A stretch of 64,000 nt of DNA from Basidiobolus meristosporus CBS 931.73. Its lineage: Eukaryota > Fungi > Basidiobolomycota. Shown here piece by piece: positions 36,812 through 48,543 of the stretch. Location: NCBI GenBank assembly GCA_002104905.1, contig MCFE01000064.1:124001-188000 (forward strand). Direction: 5' to 3'. A model generated the notes under the pieces. It saw only the letters and a list, made by a program, of their open reading frames with translations, was not told the origin of the DNA and did no database searches. Numbering within the stretch: the first letter of the stretch is position 1; every line of letters begins with the position of its first letter. A program made the position numbers and the translations under genes.

Positions 36812-38407
36812 CTATCGCAGGCTACGAAGTGGAATATCCTTGTGGTATGCTACGGGCTTGTTGATTTTCCCACCGCTGGGCTGAGACAGCTGAGGGTTGT
36901 TGATTTTGGAATGTGTGCGGCCATACAGTGCATAGACCATGAGCCCAACGCCAATCCACACGGCCAGATGTATGATGGTTGATGGTGAGGTTGTCGAGAG
37001 CAGAACAATGGACAATGCAGCTCCGATAACCGGGATCACGAATGGGCCCAAGGGGATTTTGAACCTTCTTGGAGTGTCTGGACACCTGAAGCGGAGCACA
37101 ATGACTCCGATATTGACAAAGAAGAAAGCAAACAAGGTGCCTGCCGTGGTAATGTCGCTAAGCACGTCAACAGGAAACATGCCCCCTAATAGCGCACAAA
37201 GAACACCGGATAGGGTAGTTGTGAACCATGGAGTCTTGTATTTGGGGTGGATTCTGGCAGCAATCTCAGGGAACAGCCCATCCTTGGCCATGGCGTTAAA
37301 GATACGAGGTTGCCCCATCAACAGAATTAACATGATGGAGGCCAGACCGAATACAATTCCCATGCCAATAATTATACTTAGCCAAGTCATACCAGTTCTA
37401 GCAACGAGAATAGTGATAGGGGCAGCAACCCTACCAAGGGTACTGCTGTCGGTAAATGGATGCAATTCCTTGTAGGGAACAACACCAGTCATTATGAGAC
37501 AAACGCCAATGTAAAGGATGATGCATACGACCAGAGAGCCGCAGATGACAATTGGCAAGTCTCGCTGGGGATTCTTTGCTTCTTGGGCGGTCGTGGAAAT
37601 GATGTCGAATCCAATATACGCAAAGAAGACTGTACTGGCGGCAGAGAACACGCCAGAAACGCCGTACCTTGCAAATCTACCCTCGTTGGGAGGTATGAAT
37701 GGAGTATAGTTTGCGGGGTTGATATGCTTGATGCAGGCGAAGATGGTGAGGAGTACCACAATAACCTTGATGGAAACCATGACGCTGTTGACTCGCGTGG
37801 ATTCCCGAATACCGAAGCACAGAAGGGTCGTGATCACAAGGGAAATGACGACGGCCGGGACATTAAGATAATCGCCAGTTGTCATGAAGGAGCCGCTCTC
37901 AAACTTGATCGGGGAGTTTACCCACTTGGTGCTTATTTTATAATCAAATGCAATTTCAAGAAACGCAACCAGGTAGGCAGACCAGGCAACAGCGGTAGTA
38001 GCAGCACCAACAAGATACTCCAAGATCAAGTCCCAGCCGATAATCCAACCGATCAGTTCGCCCATTGCTGCGTAAGTGTAGGTGTAAGCGGAGCCAGCCA
38101 CGGGAATCATGGAGGCCATCTCGGAGTATGAGAGAGCCGTGAACGCAGCAGCAATCCCAGAAACAATGAAAGAGACGACAATGGCGGGGCCAGCTTTTTC
38201 AGCGGCAGCAACTCCAGTCAACGTGAAAATGCCCGTACCAATGGTGACGCCTATTCCTACCGATGCTAAATCCATAATATCTAATGTGCGTTTCATTTCT
38301 GAGCTCGCCAGTTCGGTTTGAATCTGCTCCATGCTTTTGACTGTAAAGAGCCTCAACCACCAAGGCTTTTTTCCGGCCTCGTACGAGACGAGCCCTTGTT
38401 TTCTCAT
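36812..38407 (-). CDS. APC-superfamily amino-acid permease, CAT/ApcT (YfnA-like) type, copy 1, 531 aa
   Basis: GTGIF TM1, AGSAYTY, IGWDLILEY, FAYIGFD, GQPRIF; intronless; ATG at 38407. Confidence 0.92.
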   Translation of the reverse strand: MRKQGLVSYEAGKKPWWLRLFTVKSMEQIQTELASSEMKRTLDIMDLASVGIGVTIGTGIFTLTGVAAAEKAGPAIVVSFIVSGIAAAFTALSYSEMASMIPVAGSAYTYTYAAMGELIGWIIGWDLILEYLVGAATTAVAWSAYLVAFLEIAFDYKISTKWVNSPIKFESGSFMTTGDYLNVPAVVISLVITTLLCFGIRESTRVNSVMVSIKVIVVLLTIFACIKHINPANYTPFIPPNEGRFARYGVSGVFSAASTVFFAYIGFDIISTTAQEAKNPQRDLPIVICGSLVVCIILYIGVCLIMTGVVPYKELHPFTDSSTLGRVAAPITILVARTGMTWLSIIIGMGIVFGLASIMLILLMGQPRIFNAMAKDGLFPEIAARIHPKYKTPWFTTTLSGVLCALLGGMFPVDVLSDITTAGTLFAFFFVNIGVIVLRFRCPDTPRRFKIPLGPFVIPVIGAALSIVLLSTTSPSTIIHLAVWIGVGLMVYALYGRTHSKINNPQLSQPSGGKINKPVAYHKDIPLRSLR

Positions 38408-39159
38408 CTGGAGTTGGAACCTTATGCAATGTGAAAATAGTACCTTCAGATGGCCGAAGAAAAGATGTTTATATACTATTACCAATCAGGTAATCGGCTT
38501 CTCATGCTCATAAGACATGAGAAATTCTCAAGTTACACCGCTTCATCGGTTCTTTCCATTGAATTATTTATCAATCATGTGCCCTCAAATTGGTGTACTG
38601 CCATAGTGAGCGAGTTGTTGATTATTAACGTAATACTTGGTGGGGAATCCTCGTCCTTCAAACAGGTTGTCAGGACATAATTTGTAGATGGATGGTGTGT
38701 TCTTTGCTAGATTATCCTCGATATCGGGTTAATTTATTCAATGTCTTGGTCATGGTACCACAGGTAGTTTACTTTTGATATTTGGTGATAGAAATCAGTG
38801 TGAGAGTGATGCAATGCGCACGGATGTATCTTGTTAGTCAAGGAGCAGGCGAATTTGTAATGGAGTCAGTCAGGTGATGCAAAGGTTATCCATTCTCCCT
38901 AACATCCGCATCCACATCCACATCCACGCCCGCAACCACACCCACGCTCATACTCATACTCATACTCACGGTCATGGCCACATCAATATGATTTGAATGG
39001 TTCAATCATTTCGCAGGGTCACGTATAAAGATAATGTATCCCACAAGATCTCCTTTTCACTGCTCCTTCACAAAAGCATATTATTCTTATCAAATTGCGT
39101 AGTGCAAAGCTAACTGAAGCAACAGCCAATAATGGGTTAATCCATATGGCATTCTACTA

Positions 39160-40310
39160 AGTATGTCAACAGGAAGCACTCCGCCAAGTAAGGCACAAAG
39201 AACACCAGAGAGGGTAGTTGTGAACCAGGGAGTCTTGTATTAGTCCATCGTTGGCCATAGTATAGAAGATACGTGGCTGACCCATCAATAGAATCAGCAT
39301 GGCCGAGGCTATGCCAAAAATAGTTCCCAAGCTGACAACAAAATTCAACCAGCTCAAGCCAGTTATAGCGATGAGGATTGAGATAGGTTTAGCGGCATTT
39401 TGTCCTGGAGATTTATAGGGAGAAGTACCAACCGCAACGAGGGAAACGGCGATGAAAGAACTATGCAAATGACCAAGGTACCACAGATGACAATCAGCAA
39501 ATTCCTCTGGGAGCTTTTTGCTCCCAGGGCCGTCGTGGAGATGATGTCTAATCTAATATACGCAACAAAACTGCACTGACGGTAGAGAACATACCGGAAA
39601 CACCGTACTTCCCGAATTCACCTTCATTAGGTGGGAAGAATGGGGTGTAGTTGTCGGGGTTTATATATTTGATACAGGTGAAGATGGTAAGCAGGACCGT
39701 GAGGACATTGACGACAACCAACACGGCGTTTACTCGCGTAGATTGACGGATGTCAAAGCATAGTAGTATGGTAAACACTAAGGAAATCGCAATAGCAGGA
39801 AGGTTAAGATAGTTGCCAGTCGTTATGAAGGCCTCCCCAAAAAACGCGACTGGAGAGTTCACCCACTTGGTGCTTATTTCACAGTTAAATGCGATTTCAA
39901 GAAACGCTATGAAATAGGCGGACCAACCAATAGAGACAGTGGCAGTACTAACCAGATATCAATCCTACCTACAATCCAAGCGATCAATTTGCCCATTGCT
40001 GTGTAGGTGTAGGTGTAAGCGGAGCCGGCCATGGGAATCATGGAGGCCATTTCGGAGTATGAGAGAGCAATGAATCCAGTGGCGATACCAGAAACAATAA
40101 AGGTGACAACAATAGCGGGACCAGCTTTGGTAGCGGCACCGATTGCAGCCAACGTGAAAATACCCATTAGCCCCTATCCCTACTGACATCAATTCCATGA
40201 CGCCCAATGTACGCTTCATTTCGGAGTTATCCAGCTCGGTTTGAATCTGCTCCATGCTCTTGACAGCAAAGAGTCTCAACCACCAAGGATTTTGACTATC
40301 TTGATGCCCA
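39160..40310 (-). pseudogene. Permease copy 2, frameshifted and 3'-truncated; sister of copy 3
   Basis: Fragments in several frames (39166-39468, 39548-39862, 39907-40167); shares the unusual MGIFT and DIRQSTR variants with copy 3. Confidence 0.88.
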
Positions 40311-40621
40311 CGCTGCTTTAGACCGAGTAAAGACAATACTTTTATATATATGCTGTAAAGTGCTAGGTTACACAATACTTTTGAAAGATAACATAATGTG
40401 GATGTGCTTGGCAAACGAGTTCTGACACATATGAATCTCGAAAGTAGGTTTTCAAAATAAAGTTTTCTGATGAATATTGGTGATGGTTGATTGGTAGTAT
40501 AGCTTAGCTTCACTAGGACAATGTTATCGTTGAATACTCAGCTTTGCTAGGGCAATGTCGTTGAATACCTGATAATATTCTTTACAATTTACCAATGGAT
40601 GAGATTACAGGATTGCTCGTT

Positions 40622-42139
40622 TTAGGTCGATTCTTTTACGGTCTGATAGCCAGATACATGTAAAATGTTGATTCTGGTGTAGCTGCAACCGTAGAATGCA
40701 TAGATGACAACACCAATACCCATCCATATGAAAAAATGAACAATGGTTGAGGCTGGGATGGTGCAAAATAAAAGGACGGATATTCCAGCTCCGAGAATAG
40801 GAATCACGAATGGGCCAAGGGGGACCTTGAATCTACGTGGTTTACCTGGGTATTTGAAGCGAAGAATGATGACATTGATATTCACCAGGAAGAATGCAAA
40901 CAGTGTTCCAACCGAGGTCATATCACCAAGTACGTCAACGGGGAGAACGCCTCCAAGTAAGGCACAGAGAACACCAGAGAGGATGGTTGTGAACCAGGGG
41001 GTCTTGTATTTGGGGTGGATTCTGGCAGCAACCTCAGGGAAGAATCCGTCTATAGCCATAGCATTCAAGATGCGCGACTGACCCATCAGTAGAATCAGCA
41101 CGACTGAGGCCGAGCCAAAGATGGTACCCAAACTGACAACAATATTTAACCAGTTCAAGCCAGTGGTAGCGATGAGGATTGCGATAGGCTTAGCGGCATT
41201 TTGACCTGGTGGGTGCAAATCTCCGTAGGGGACAACTCCAGTCATAACCAAGCCTACTGCAATGTTTAAAAAGGTACATATAAGCAAAGAACCCAAAATA
41301 CCAATGGGTAAATCTCTTTGGGGATTTTTCGCTTCCTGTGAAGTAGAAGAAACAACGTCGAATCCGATATAGGTAAAGAAGACAGTAGTGGCGGCGGAGA
41401 ACGTGCCAGAAATACCGTACTTCCCGAATTCACCTTCATTAGGTGGGAAGAATGGGGTGTAGTTGTCGGGGTTTATATATTTGATACAGGTGAAGATGGT
41501 AAGCAGGACCGTGAGGACCTTGACGACAACCAACACGGCGTTTACTCGCGTAGATTGACGGATGTCAAAGCATAGTAGTATGGTAAACACTAAGGAAACC
41601 GCAATAGCAGGAAGGTTAAGATAGTTGCCAGTCGTTATGAAGGCCTCCCCAAAAAACGCGACTGGAGAGTTCACCCACTTGGTGCTTATTTTACAGTTAA
41701 ATGCGATTTCAAGAAACGCTATGAAATAGGCGGACCAACCAATGGAGACAGTGGCAGCACCAACCATATACTCCAGGATTAAATTCCAACCTATAATCCA
41801 AGCGATGAATTCGCCCATTGCTGCGCAAGTGTAGGTGTAAGCGGAGCCGGCCATGGGAATCATGGAGGCCATCTCAGAGTAAGAGAGAGCGGTGAACGCA
41901 GCAGCAATCCCAGAAATAACAAAAGAGACGACAATGGAGGGACCAGCTTTGGTAGCGGCAGCTATTCCAGCAAACGTGAAAATACCCATGCCAATGCTGG
42001 CACCTATGCCTACCGATACTAAATCCAAAATGTTCAACGTTCGCTTCATTTCTGAGTGAGCTGCTTCGACTCGGGTCTGCTCTATGCTTCTAACAGTAAA
42101 GGGCTTGAGCCACCAAGGTTTTTTTCTATGTTTTCTCAT
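40622..42139 (-). CDS. Permease copy 3 (intact frame, atypical substitutions)
   Basis: Full ORF; GMGIF, WNLILEY, CFDIRQS and GQSR replace residues conserved in the other copies. Confidence 0.85.
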   Translation of the reverse strand: MRKHRKKPWWLKPFTVRSIEQTRVEAAHSEMKRTLNILDLVSVGIGASIGMGIFTFAGIAAATKAGPSIVVSFVISGIAAAFTALSYSEMASMIPMAGSAYTYTCAAMGEFIAWIIGWNLILEYMVGAATVSIGWSAYFIAFLEIAFNCKISTKWVNSPVAFFGEAFITTGNYLNLPAIAVSLVFTILLCFDIRQSTRVNAVLVVVKVLTVLLTIFTCIKYINPDNYTPFFPPNEGEFGKYGISGTFSAATTVFFTYIGFDVVSSTSQEAKNPQRDLPIGILGSLLICTFLNIAVGLVMTGVVPYGDLHPPGQNAAKPIAILIATTGLNWLNIVVSLGTIFGSASVVLILLMGQSRILNAMAIDGFFPEVAARIHPKYKTPWFTTILSGVLCALLGGVLPVDVLGDMTSVGTLFAFFLVNINVIILRFKYPGKPRRFKVPLGPFVIPILGAGISVLLFCTIPASTIVHFFIWMGIGVVIYAFYGCSYTRINILHVSGYQTVKEST

Positions 42140-42760
42140 TGTATCTAGATCGTTATCCAATAGCCAACAGAGCCTTATATACTACTGATAACTTCGAAAA
42201 GTTACACGAAATCATTTAACCTACTTTTGGGTAAATCTGTCTGGTACTTGGCAAACGGGTTTCTGAATGGTTCAACAACCTCACAACAACCGGGGCGTTG
42301 ACTATTTACATGCCACTTGGTATGGACTTCAATGTACAGGCCAACACTATTTGCTATCACATCTCAGAGCCTTATTTATTTAGTTTGTTAAGCCGTAGCG
42401 AGTAGTAATACACTAGTATCCTGATACTATGGGTACTTTTTTTGCACAACATTTGGTTTGCAGGTGGATTTATGTGAATATCACCTTTTCCGTTGTTCAC
42501 CACTTCACTCACCTGCCAGAGGTTAAAACGCATAATGGCTAAGAGTGGTGCCACTATATGGAATAGCGTGTAAAACAAGAGAAAAAGATAGTCACACACA
42601 TAATGCGCACAACCATGCATTGATATGTAACTTATTTTGGAGTGATCCATTCTATTCATTCAATATTCGGACAGTCAGATAATCGCATTACTTATTAGGG
42701 GTGCTATCTACAATATAATTATAGGGTTTGAGATAAGCTATTTTCATTCCCGCAACTAGT

Positions 42761-44356
42761 CTATCGCAGGTTACGAAGTGGAATATCCTTGTGGTATGCT
42801 ACGGGCTTGTTGATTTTCCCACCGCTGGGCTGAGACAGCTGAGGGTTGTTGATTTTGGAATGTGTGCGGCCATACAGTGCATAGACCATGAGCCCGACGC
42901 CAATCCACACGGCCAGATGTATGATGGTTGATGGTGAGGTTGTCGAGAGCAGAACAACGGACAATGCAGCGCCGATAACTGGGATCACGAATGGGCCCAA
43001 GGGAATTTTGAACCTTCTTGGAGTGTCTGGACACCTGAAGCGGAGCACAATGACTCCGATATTGACAAAGAAGAAAGCAAACAAGGTGCCTGCCGTGGTA
43101 ATGTCGCTAAGCACGTCAACAGGAAACATGCCCCCTAATAGCGCACAAAGAACACCGGATAGGGTAGTTGTGAACCATGGAGTCTTGTATTTGGGGTGGA
43201 TTCTGGCAGCAATCTCAGGGAACAGCCCATCCTTGGCCATGGCGTTAAAGATACGAGGTTGCCCCATCAACAGAATCAGTATAACTGAGGACAAGCCAAA
43301 AATGATCCCCATGCAAAGAATAATACTTAGCCAAGTCAATCCTGTTCTAGCTGCGAGAATAGTGATGGAAGTAGAGACATTGCCAGGGTCACTACTGTCA
43401 ATGAATGGGTGTAATTCCTTGTAGGGAACAACACCAGTCATTATGAGACAAACGCCAATGTAAAGGATGATGCATACGACCAGAGAGCCGCAGATGACAA
43501 TTGGCAAGTCTCGCTGGGGATTCTTTGCTTCTTGGGCGGTCGTGGAAATGATGTCGAATCCAATATACGCAAAGAAGACTGTACTGGCGGCAGAGAACAC
43601 GCCAGAAACGCCGTACCTTGCAAATCTACCCTCGTTGGGAGGTATGAATGGAGTATAGTTTGCGGGGTTGATATGCTTGATGCAGGCGAAGATGGTGAGG
43701 AGTACCACAATAACCTTGATGGAAACCATGACGCTGTTGACTCGCGTGGATTCCCGAATACCGAAGCACAGAAGGGTCGTGATCACAAGGGAAATGACGA
43801 CGGCCGGGACATTAAGATAATCGCCAGTTGTCATGAAGGAGCCGCTCTCAAACTTGATCGGGGAGTTTACCCACTTGGTGCTTATTTTACAATTAAATCC
43901 TATTTCAAGAAATGCAACCAGGTAGGCAGACCAGCCAACAGAGGCAGTAGCAGCACCAACAAGATACTCCAAGATCAAGTCCCAGCCGATAATCCAACCG
44001 ATCAGTTCGCCCATTGCTGCGTAAGTGTAGGTGTAAGCGGAGCCAGCCACGGGAATCATGGAGGCCATCTCGGAGTATGAGAGGGCACTGAACGCAGCAA
44101 CAATCCCAGAAATAAGGAAAGAGACGACAATGGCGGGACCAGCTTTTTCAGCGGCAGCGACTCCAGTCAAAATAAATATACCCGTGCCAATTGTGGCACC
44201 TAGTCCTACTGACGCTAAATCCATGATGTCCAAAGTACGTTTCATTTCTGAGCTCGCCAGTTCAGTCTGAATCTGCTCCATACTTTTGACAGCAAAGAGT
44301 CTCAACCACCATGGATTTTTTCCATCCTGGTATGAGACATGGCCCAATTTTCTCAT
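42761..44356 (-). CDS. Permease copy 4, 531 aa
   Basis: Same motifs; large blocks identical to copy 1. Confidence 0.92.
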   Translation of the reverse strand: MRKLGHVSYQDGKNPWWLRLFAVKSMEQIQTELASSEMKRTLDIMDLASVGLGATIGTGIFILTGVAAAEKAGPAIVVSFLISGIVAAFSALSYSEMASMIPVAGSAYTYTYAAMGELIGWIIGWDLILEYLVGAATASVGWSAYLVAFLEIGFNCKISTKWVNSPIKFESGSFMTTGDYLNVPAVVISLVITTLLCFGIRESTRVNSVMVSIKVIVVLLTIFACIKHINPANYTPFIPPNEGRFARYGVSGVFSAASTVFFAYIGFDIISTTAQEAKNPQRDLPIVICGSLVVCIILYIGVCLIMTGVVPYKELHPFIDSSDPGNVSTSITILAARTGLTWLSIILCMGIIFGLSSVILILLMGQPRIFNAMAKDGLFPEIAARIHPKYKTPWFTTTLSGVLCALLGGMFPVDVLSDITTAGTLFAFFFVNIGVIVLRFRCPDTPRRFKIPLGPFVIPVIGAALSVVLLSTTSPSTIIHLAVWIGVGLMVYALYGRTHSKINNPQLSQPSGGKINKPVAYHKDIPLRNLR

Positions 44357-45581
44357 TGAATCTAAATTAGAGGGGAGAAGGTAACTTCAGCTGGTTTGCT
44401 CATATACTCTTATATACTATCAAGAATCAGGTTACCAACTTCCCATGGACATGATGCAGCAAAACCACTGTACCTTACGAGAAAAGTAAGGATGCGCCAA
44501 TATTGGAACGGCAGGTCACACAAGCCTAGCTACCCATATTACCTATTTGCTTATCGCTTAGTTTAATCATGCACCTCGATACCATCCAAAATGTGTACCT
44601 CCTTTGTGCACCAGCCTTTGATCAGTATGGCAGCCCAATATTTGAAATGGAATCTTCTCCCTTCAAACAGGATACCCGCCCTGATCGTAGAAACGGTACT
44701 AAAAACACCGTCTTATTCACATAATTGCTTGACTAGTAAGAGAGTAGATAAGCCGTGGCTGAGCTTAAATGATGACCGAAAAACTCTAAAACATAGGGAA
44801 TAGTGAGCCCTGAGTAGTCACTACCTTTTCCAGGGAAGAGATATCACTAGCCAGAGTCAATACGGTTAGCCGTTATGCTACACATACCTTCTGAATTACC
44901 AGTGGTATACAGCCGGAGAGGCGTACGTCAGCTTGGAGATGATTGCGAAGGTATGCGGGTTGGTTTGGTTGGTGCGAAAGTAAGTGAGTGTGAGAGTGTG
45001 TGATATATCCAGACCTACAGAGTGTGGCAGTAAGTGACAAGTCTAGGCCTATCCTAAATTGCTGTTAAAAGTCAATCAGGTGACTGAAAACACTTAGAGA
45101 ACGTAGATTATGTGTTGTTTATTCTCCACACCTATATCCATGACTCACACTTACACTTCCACTTACACTCATACCCACACCAACATCAACACCCTCAGCT
45201 ACAATTTCACATTTACTCACACCTATGTCATTATATCATTTGCACAGCCCAATATCTGACATCCAAAGTGAATGTTTCCATCCTTCCCCATTGGACACCA
45301 GAAGACTAACTGTTAGCCTTATTCCAAAGGCCAATATTTCACGGATTGGAAGCGACCGCCACTATAGAGCTAGGAATTGCTTTAACAAATATAAGCTAAA
45401 GCTACTGAGGAGCTAAACTTATTAACGTTACACAGAAATCATCGAGTCTCTCAACTGAATATTTATATAGCATAACACAGCTTTACAGGGGCAATGTTGG
45501 TGTTGAATATTTAATAAAATCCTTTACAAGTGGCTTCAGGAATGGGATTACAAAATTACTGAATGTTAAAATATTAATGGA

Positions 45582-47141
45582 TTAAAAAGCATGCTCGGGG
45601 TTTCCCATTGGCTTCTCCTCGTTCTGATAACGAGCTAGATGTGGGTTGTTGATTTTGGAATGGGTGCGGCCATAGAATATATAGATAACAATACCAATAC
45701 CCATCCATACGAAGAGACGAGCAATGGTTGAGGTTGAGGCAGTGCAAAGCAGAAGGATGGATAAGGCAGCTCCAAGAACAGGAATCACGAATGGGCCAAG
45801 GGGGACCTTAAATTTACGTGGAATGTCTGGGCGTTTGAAGCGAAGAATGATGACACCGATGTTCACCAAGAAGAATGCAAACAGTGTTCCAACTGAGGTC
45901 ATATCACCAAGTACATCAACGGGGAGAATACCTCCAAGTAAGGCACAAAGGACGCCAGAGAGGGTAGTTGTGAACCAGGGAGTCTTGTATTTGGGGTGGA
46001 TCCTGGCAGCAATCTCGGGGAAGAGTCCATCCTTGGCCATAGCATAGAAAATACGTGGCTGACCCATCAATAGAATCAACATGACTGAGGCTAAGCCGAA
46101 GATGATACCCAGGCTGACAATAATATTCAACCAGTTCATGCCGGTAGCAGCGATGAGGATTGCGATAGGCTTAGCGGCATTTTGACCTGGTGGGTGCAAC
46201 TCTCTGTAGGGGACAACACCAGTCATAATGAAGCACACAGCGATGTACAGAATGGTACAAATGATCAGAGAGCCGCAGATACCAATGGGTAAATCTCTTT
46301 GAGGGTTCTTTGCTTCCTGTGCAGCGGTAGAGATAGCATCAAATCCAATGTATGCAAAGAACACGGTGGTGGCGGCGGAAAACATGCCAGAAACACCATA
46401 CTTCTCAAACTTGCCCTCGTTAGGTGGGAAGAATGGAGTATAGTTGTCAGGGTTGATATTTTTGATACAAGCGAAGATGGTAAGAAGGACAACGACGACT
46501 TTGATGCCGACCATGACAGTGTTGACTCGCGCAGATTCCCGGATACCAAAGCATAGAAGACCTGTAATCGCGAGTGAAATCACAATGGCTGGAATGTTGA
46601 TGTAGTCCCCGGTAGTTACGAACGCATCATCCACATAAGACACTGGAGAGTTGACCCACTTGGAGCTCATTTTATATCCGAATGCACTCTCAATGAAAGC
46701 GGTGAAGTAGGCGGACCAGCCAACGGAGACAGTAGCAGCACCAACAAGATATTCCAAAATCAAATCCCATCCAATAATCCAGCCGATAAACTCACCCATG
46801 GTAGCGTAGGTGTAAGTGTAAGCAGAACCAGCAACCGGAATCATACAAGCCATTTCAGAGTAAGAAAGAGCAGCGGTACCAGCAGCGATACCAGACACAA
46901 TGAAGGAGATTGCGATGGCTGGGCCAGCCTTGTCAGCAGCAGCAATACCGGTCAACACGAAGATACCAGTACCAATGATGGCACCAATACCTACTGAAGT
47001 CAGGTCCACATAGTTTAATGAACGTTTCATTTCCGAGTTAGCAACCTCAGACTGGAGCTGCTCCATGCTCTTGACTGTGAAGAGCTTTTGCCACCAGGAC
47101 TTTTGTCCAGCTTCGTATGAGACGACTTCTGATTTACTCAT
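45582..47141 (-). CDS. Permease copy 5
   Basis: GIGAIIGTGIFVLTG, AGSAYTY, GWDLILEY; ATG at 47141 (MSKSEVVSYEAG). Confidence 0.92.
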   Translation of the reverse strand: MSKSEVVSYEAGQKSWWQKLFTVKSMEQLQSEVANSEMKRSLNYVDLTSVGIGAIIGTGIFVLTGIAAADKAGPAIAISFIVSGIAAGTAALSYSEMACMIPVAGSAYTYTYATMGEFIGWIIGWDLILEYLVGAATVSVGWSAYFTAFIESAFGYKMSSKWVNSPVSYVDDAFVTTGDYINIPAIVISLAITGLLCFGIRESARVNTVMVGIKVVVVLLTIFACIKNINPDNYTPFFPPNEGKFEKYGVSGMFSAATTVFFAYIGFDAISTAAQEAKNPQRDLPIGICGSLIICTILYIAVCFIMTGVVPYRELHPPGQNAAKPIAILIAATGMNWLNIIVSLGIIFGLASVMLILLMGQPRIFYAMAKDGLFPEIAARIHPKYKTPWFTTTLSGVLCALLGGILPVDVLGDMTSVGTLFAFFLVNIGVIILRFKRPDIPRKFKVPLGPFVIPVLGAALSILLLCTASTSTIARLFVWMGIGIVIYIFYGRTHSKINNPHLARYQNEEKPMGNPEHAF

Positions 47142-48543
47142 ATTCCAACAGATGCAATTATTTGGCAATGAGAATTAGTAATCGAAGAGTAGATAAATAA
47201 ATAGAAGCAAAAAGAGATAGTGTTTAGTGGACCTCCAGTGGACCTTATATACTGTTGAGGAGAATACTGCTTCCCATGGTCATGAAGCGCTCAACATAAG
47301 GATATAGATTCCAAGTCACACAAACTCATCTTTCATTATACATGATTGCTTATCCAGAGATAGCACCACAAATCTTAATCCGCTCGCAGTTAACATCATG
47401 TGAAGTGTGTACCAACGGATGCGTGTGCTTCCATCCCCAGCTACATTTCCATACGCTTGGTGTTTTCTGATAACCAGTTTTTCGGGCTTAAGGCCGGAAT
47501 CTTCCTCCTACTAACGCTTTGTTGAGCACATGAGATCTTGAACACCCACCCTGCAACCATTCGGTGATCCGTTTGATAAGATCTCAACCAATCTGCTCCA
47601 CCGGGGGGAGCTCACGTATCGTCAAACCGAGGCCTTTAGAATTGGATCCAAGTGGAACTGATGAAAATTCTCGATCATTAATGACCGAGACATTTAACGG
47701 ATATGGCTACGAATCTAAATACCAGAAGGTTAATTGGTTTGGTGCAGTTCGAGAGTTGTTTGCGCTCTAATTGAATCATTGTTGTTATGGCACATCAACC
47801 AACAGGCTGACCTTTTGGCACTCCTGCACATATGGCATATCAGCCAACTCCACACATTCACCATCATTGACCAACTCCAGTTCCAAAAATAATCCCCATC
47901 ATTGGTCAAGCTCCAAATGTCCCACCCACTCTGAGTAATGCTTCGCGCTCTATTAAGGTAGATTGCCACTGAATGCCTTTGAATGCCACTGAATTCAAAC
48001 CAAATTGGATGGTGAATGAATGGTTCGACTGGTTTAGGAACTGACATGTGTGATCATTATTTGAGAGGGTTGCCATAAGAGGGATTCCATCATGCGTGTG
48101 ACCAAGTTCAAAACATCGCAAACTCTAAACCTTGATTTAGCCACATCAATGTGCACTTTCCCATATGTGTAACGAAGCTACAGTACCGCGCAAGCGGTTC
48201 GAGTTCAGATCGAATTTTCTGATCATTTACCCATGCATCCAATATTTTCTCAAGGTCGGTTCTGCATTGTGTGTGCGTATTGGTAAATTCGTGAGATCCA
48301 GGTTGGGGTTGGGTCAGGTCCAATCCACCCACCTAGGATGATGTTCTACATTGGTTTCACTCTCCTCATTGAGTGGAGGTGACATGGATAATGCATACAA
48401 AGACTCCATTTCTCTTATAAATGCCCTTTTGTGTGACTTCTGTCAGCGTGTTATCTCTTCTTTTATTCGCTTTCTTGATTCTTGTACGAGGTTCAACTTG
48501 ATTATCCAAACTTCAATCATTCGTTTGCAACCGTAAATTTATC

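Noticed and set aside
44768-44815. C/D-box snoRNA (ATGATGA...CTGA)
   Set aside because: Only about 45 nt between the boxes and no terminal stem.
47730-48350. Coding relic between permease copies 5 and 6
   Set aside because: Short frames broken by stops, with only vague resemblance to known proteins.
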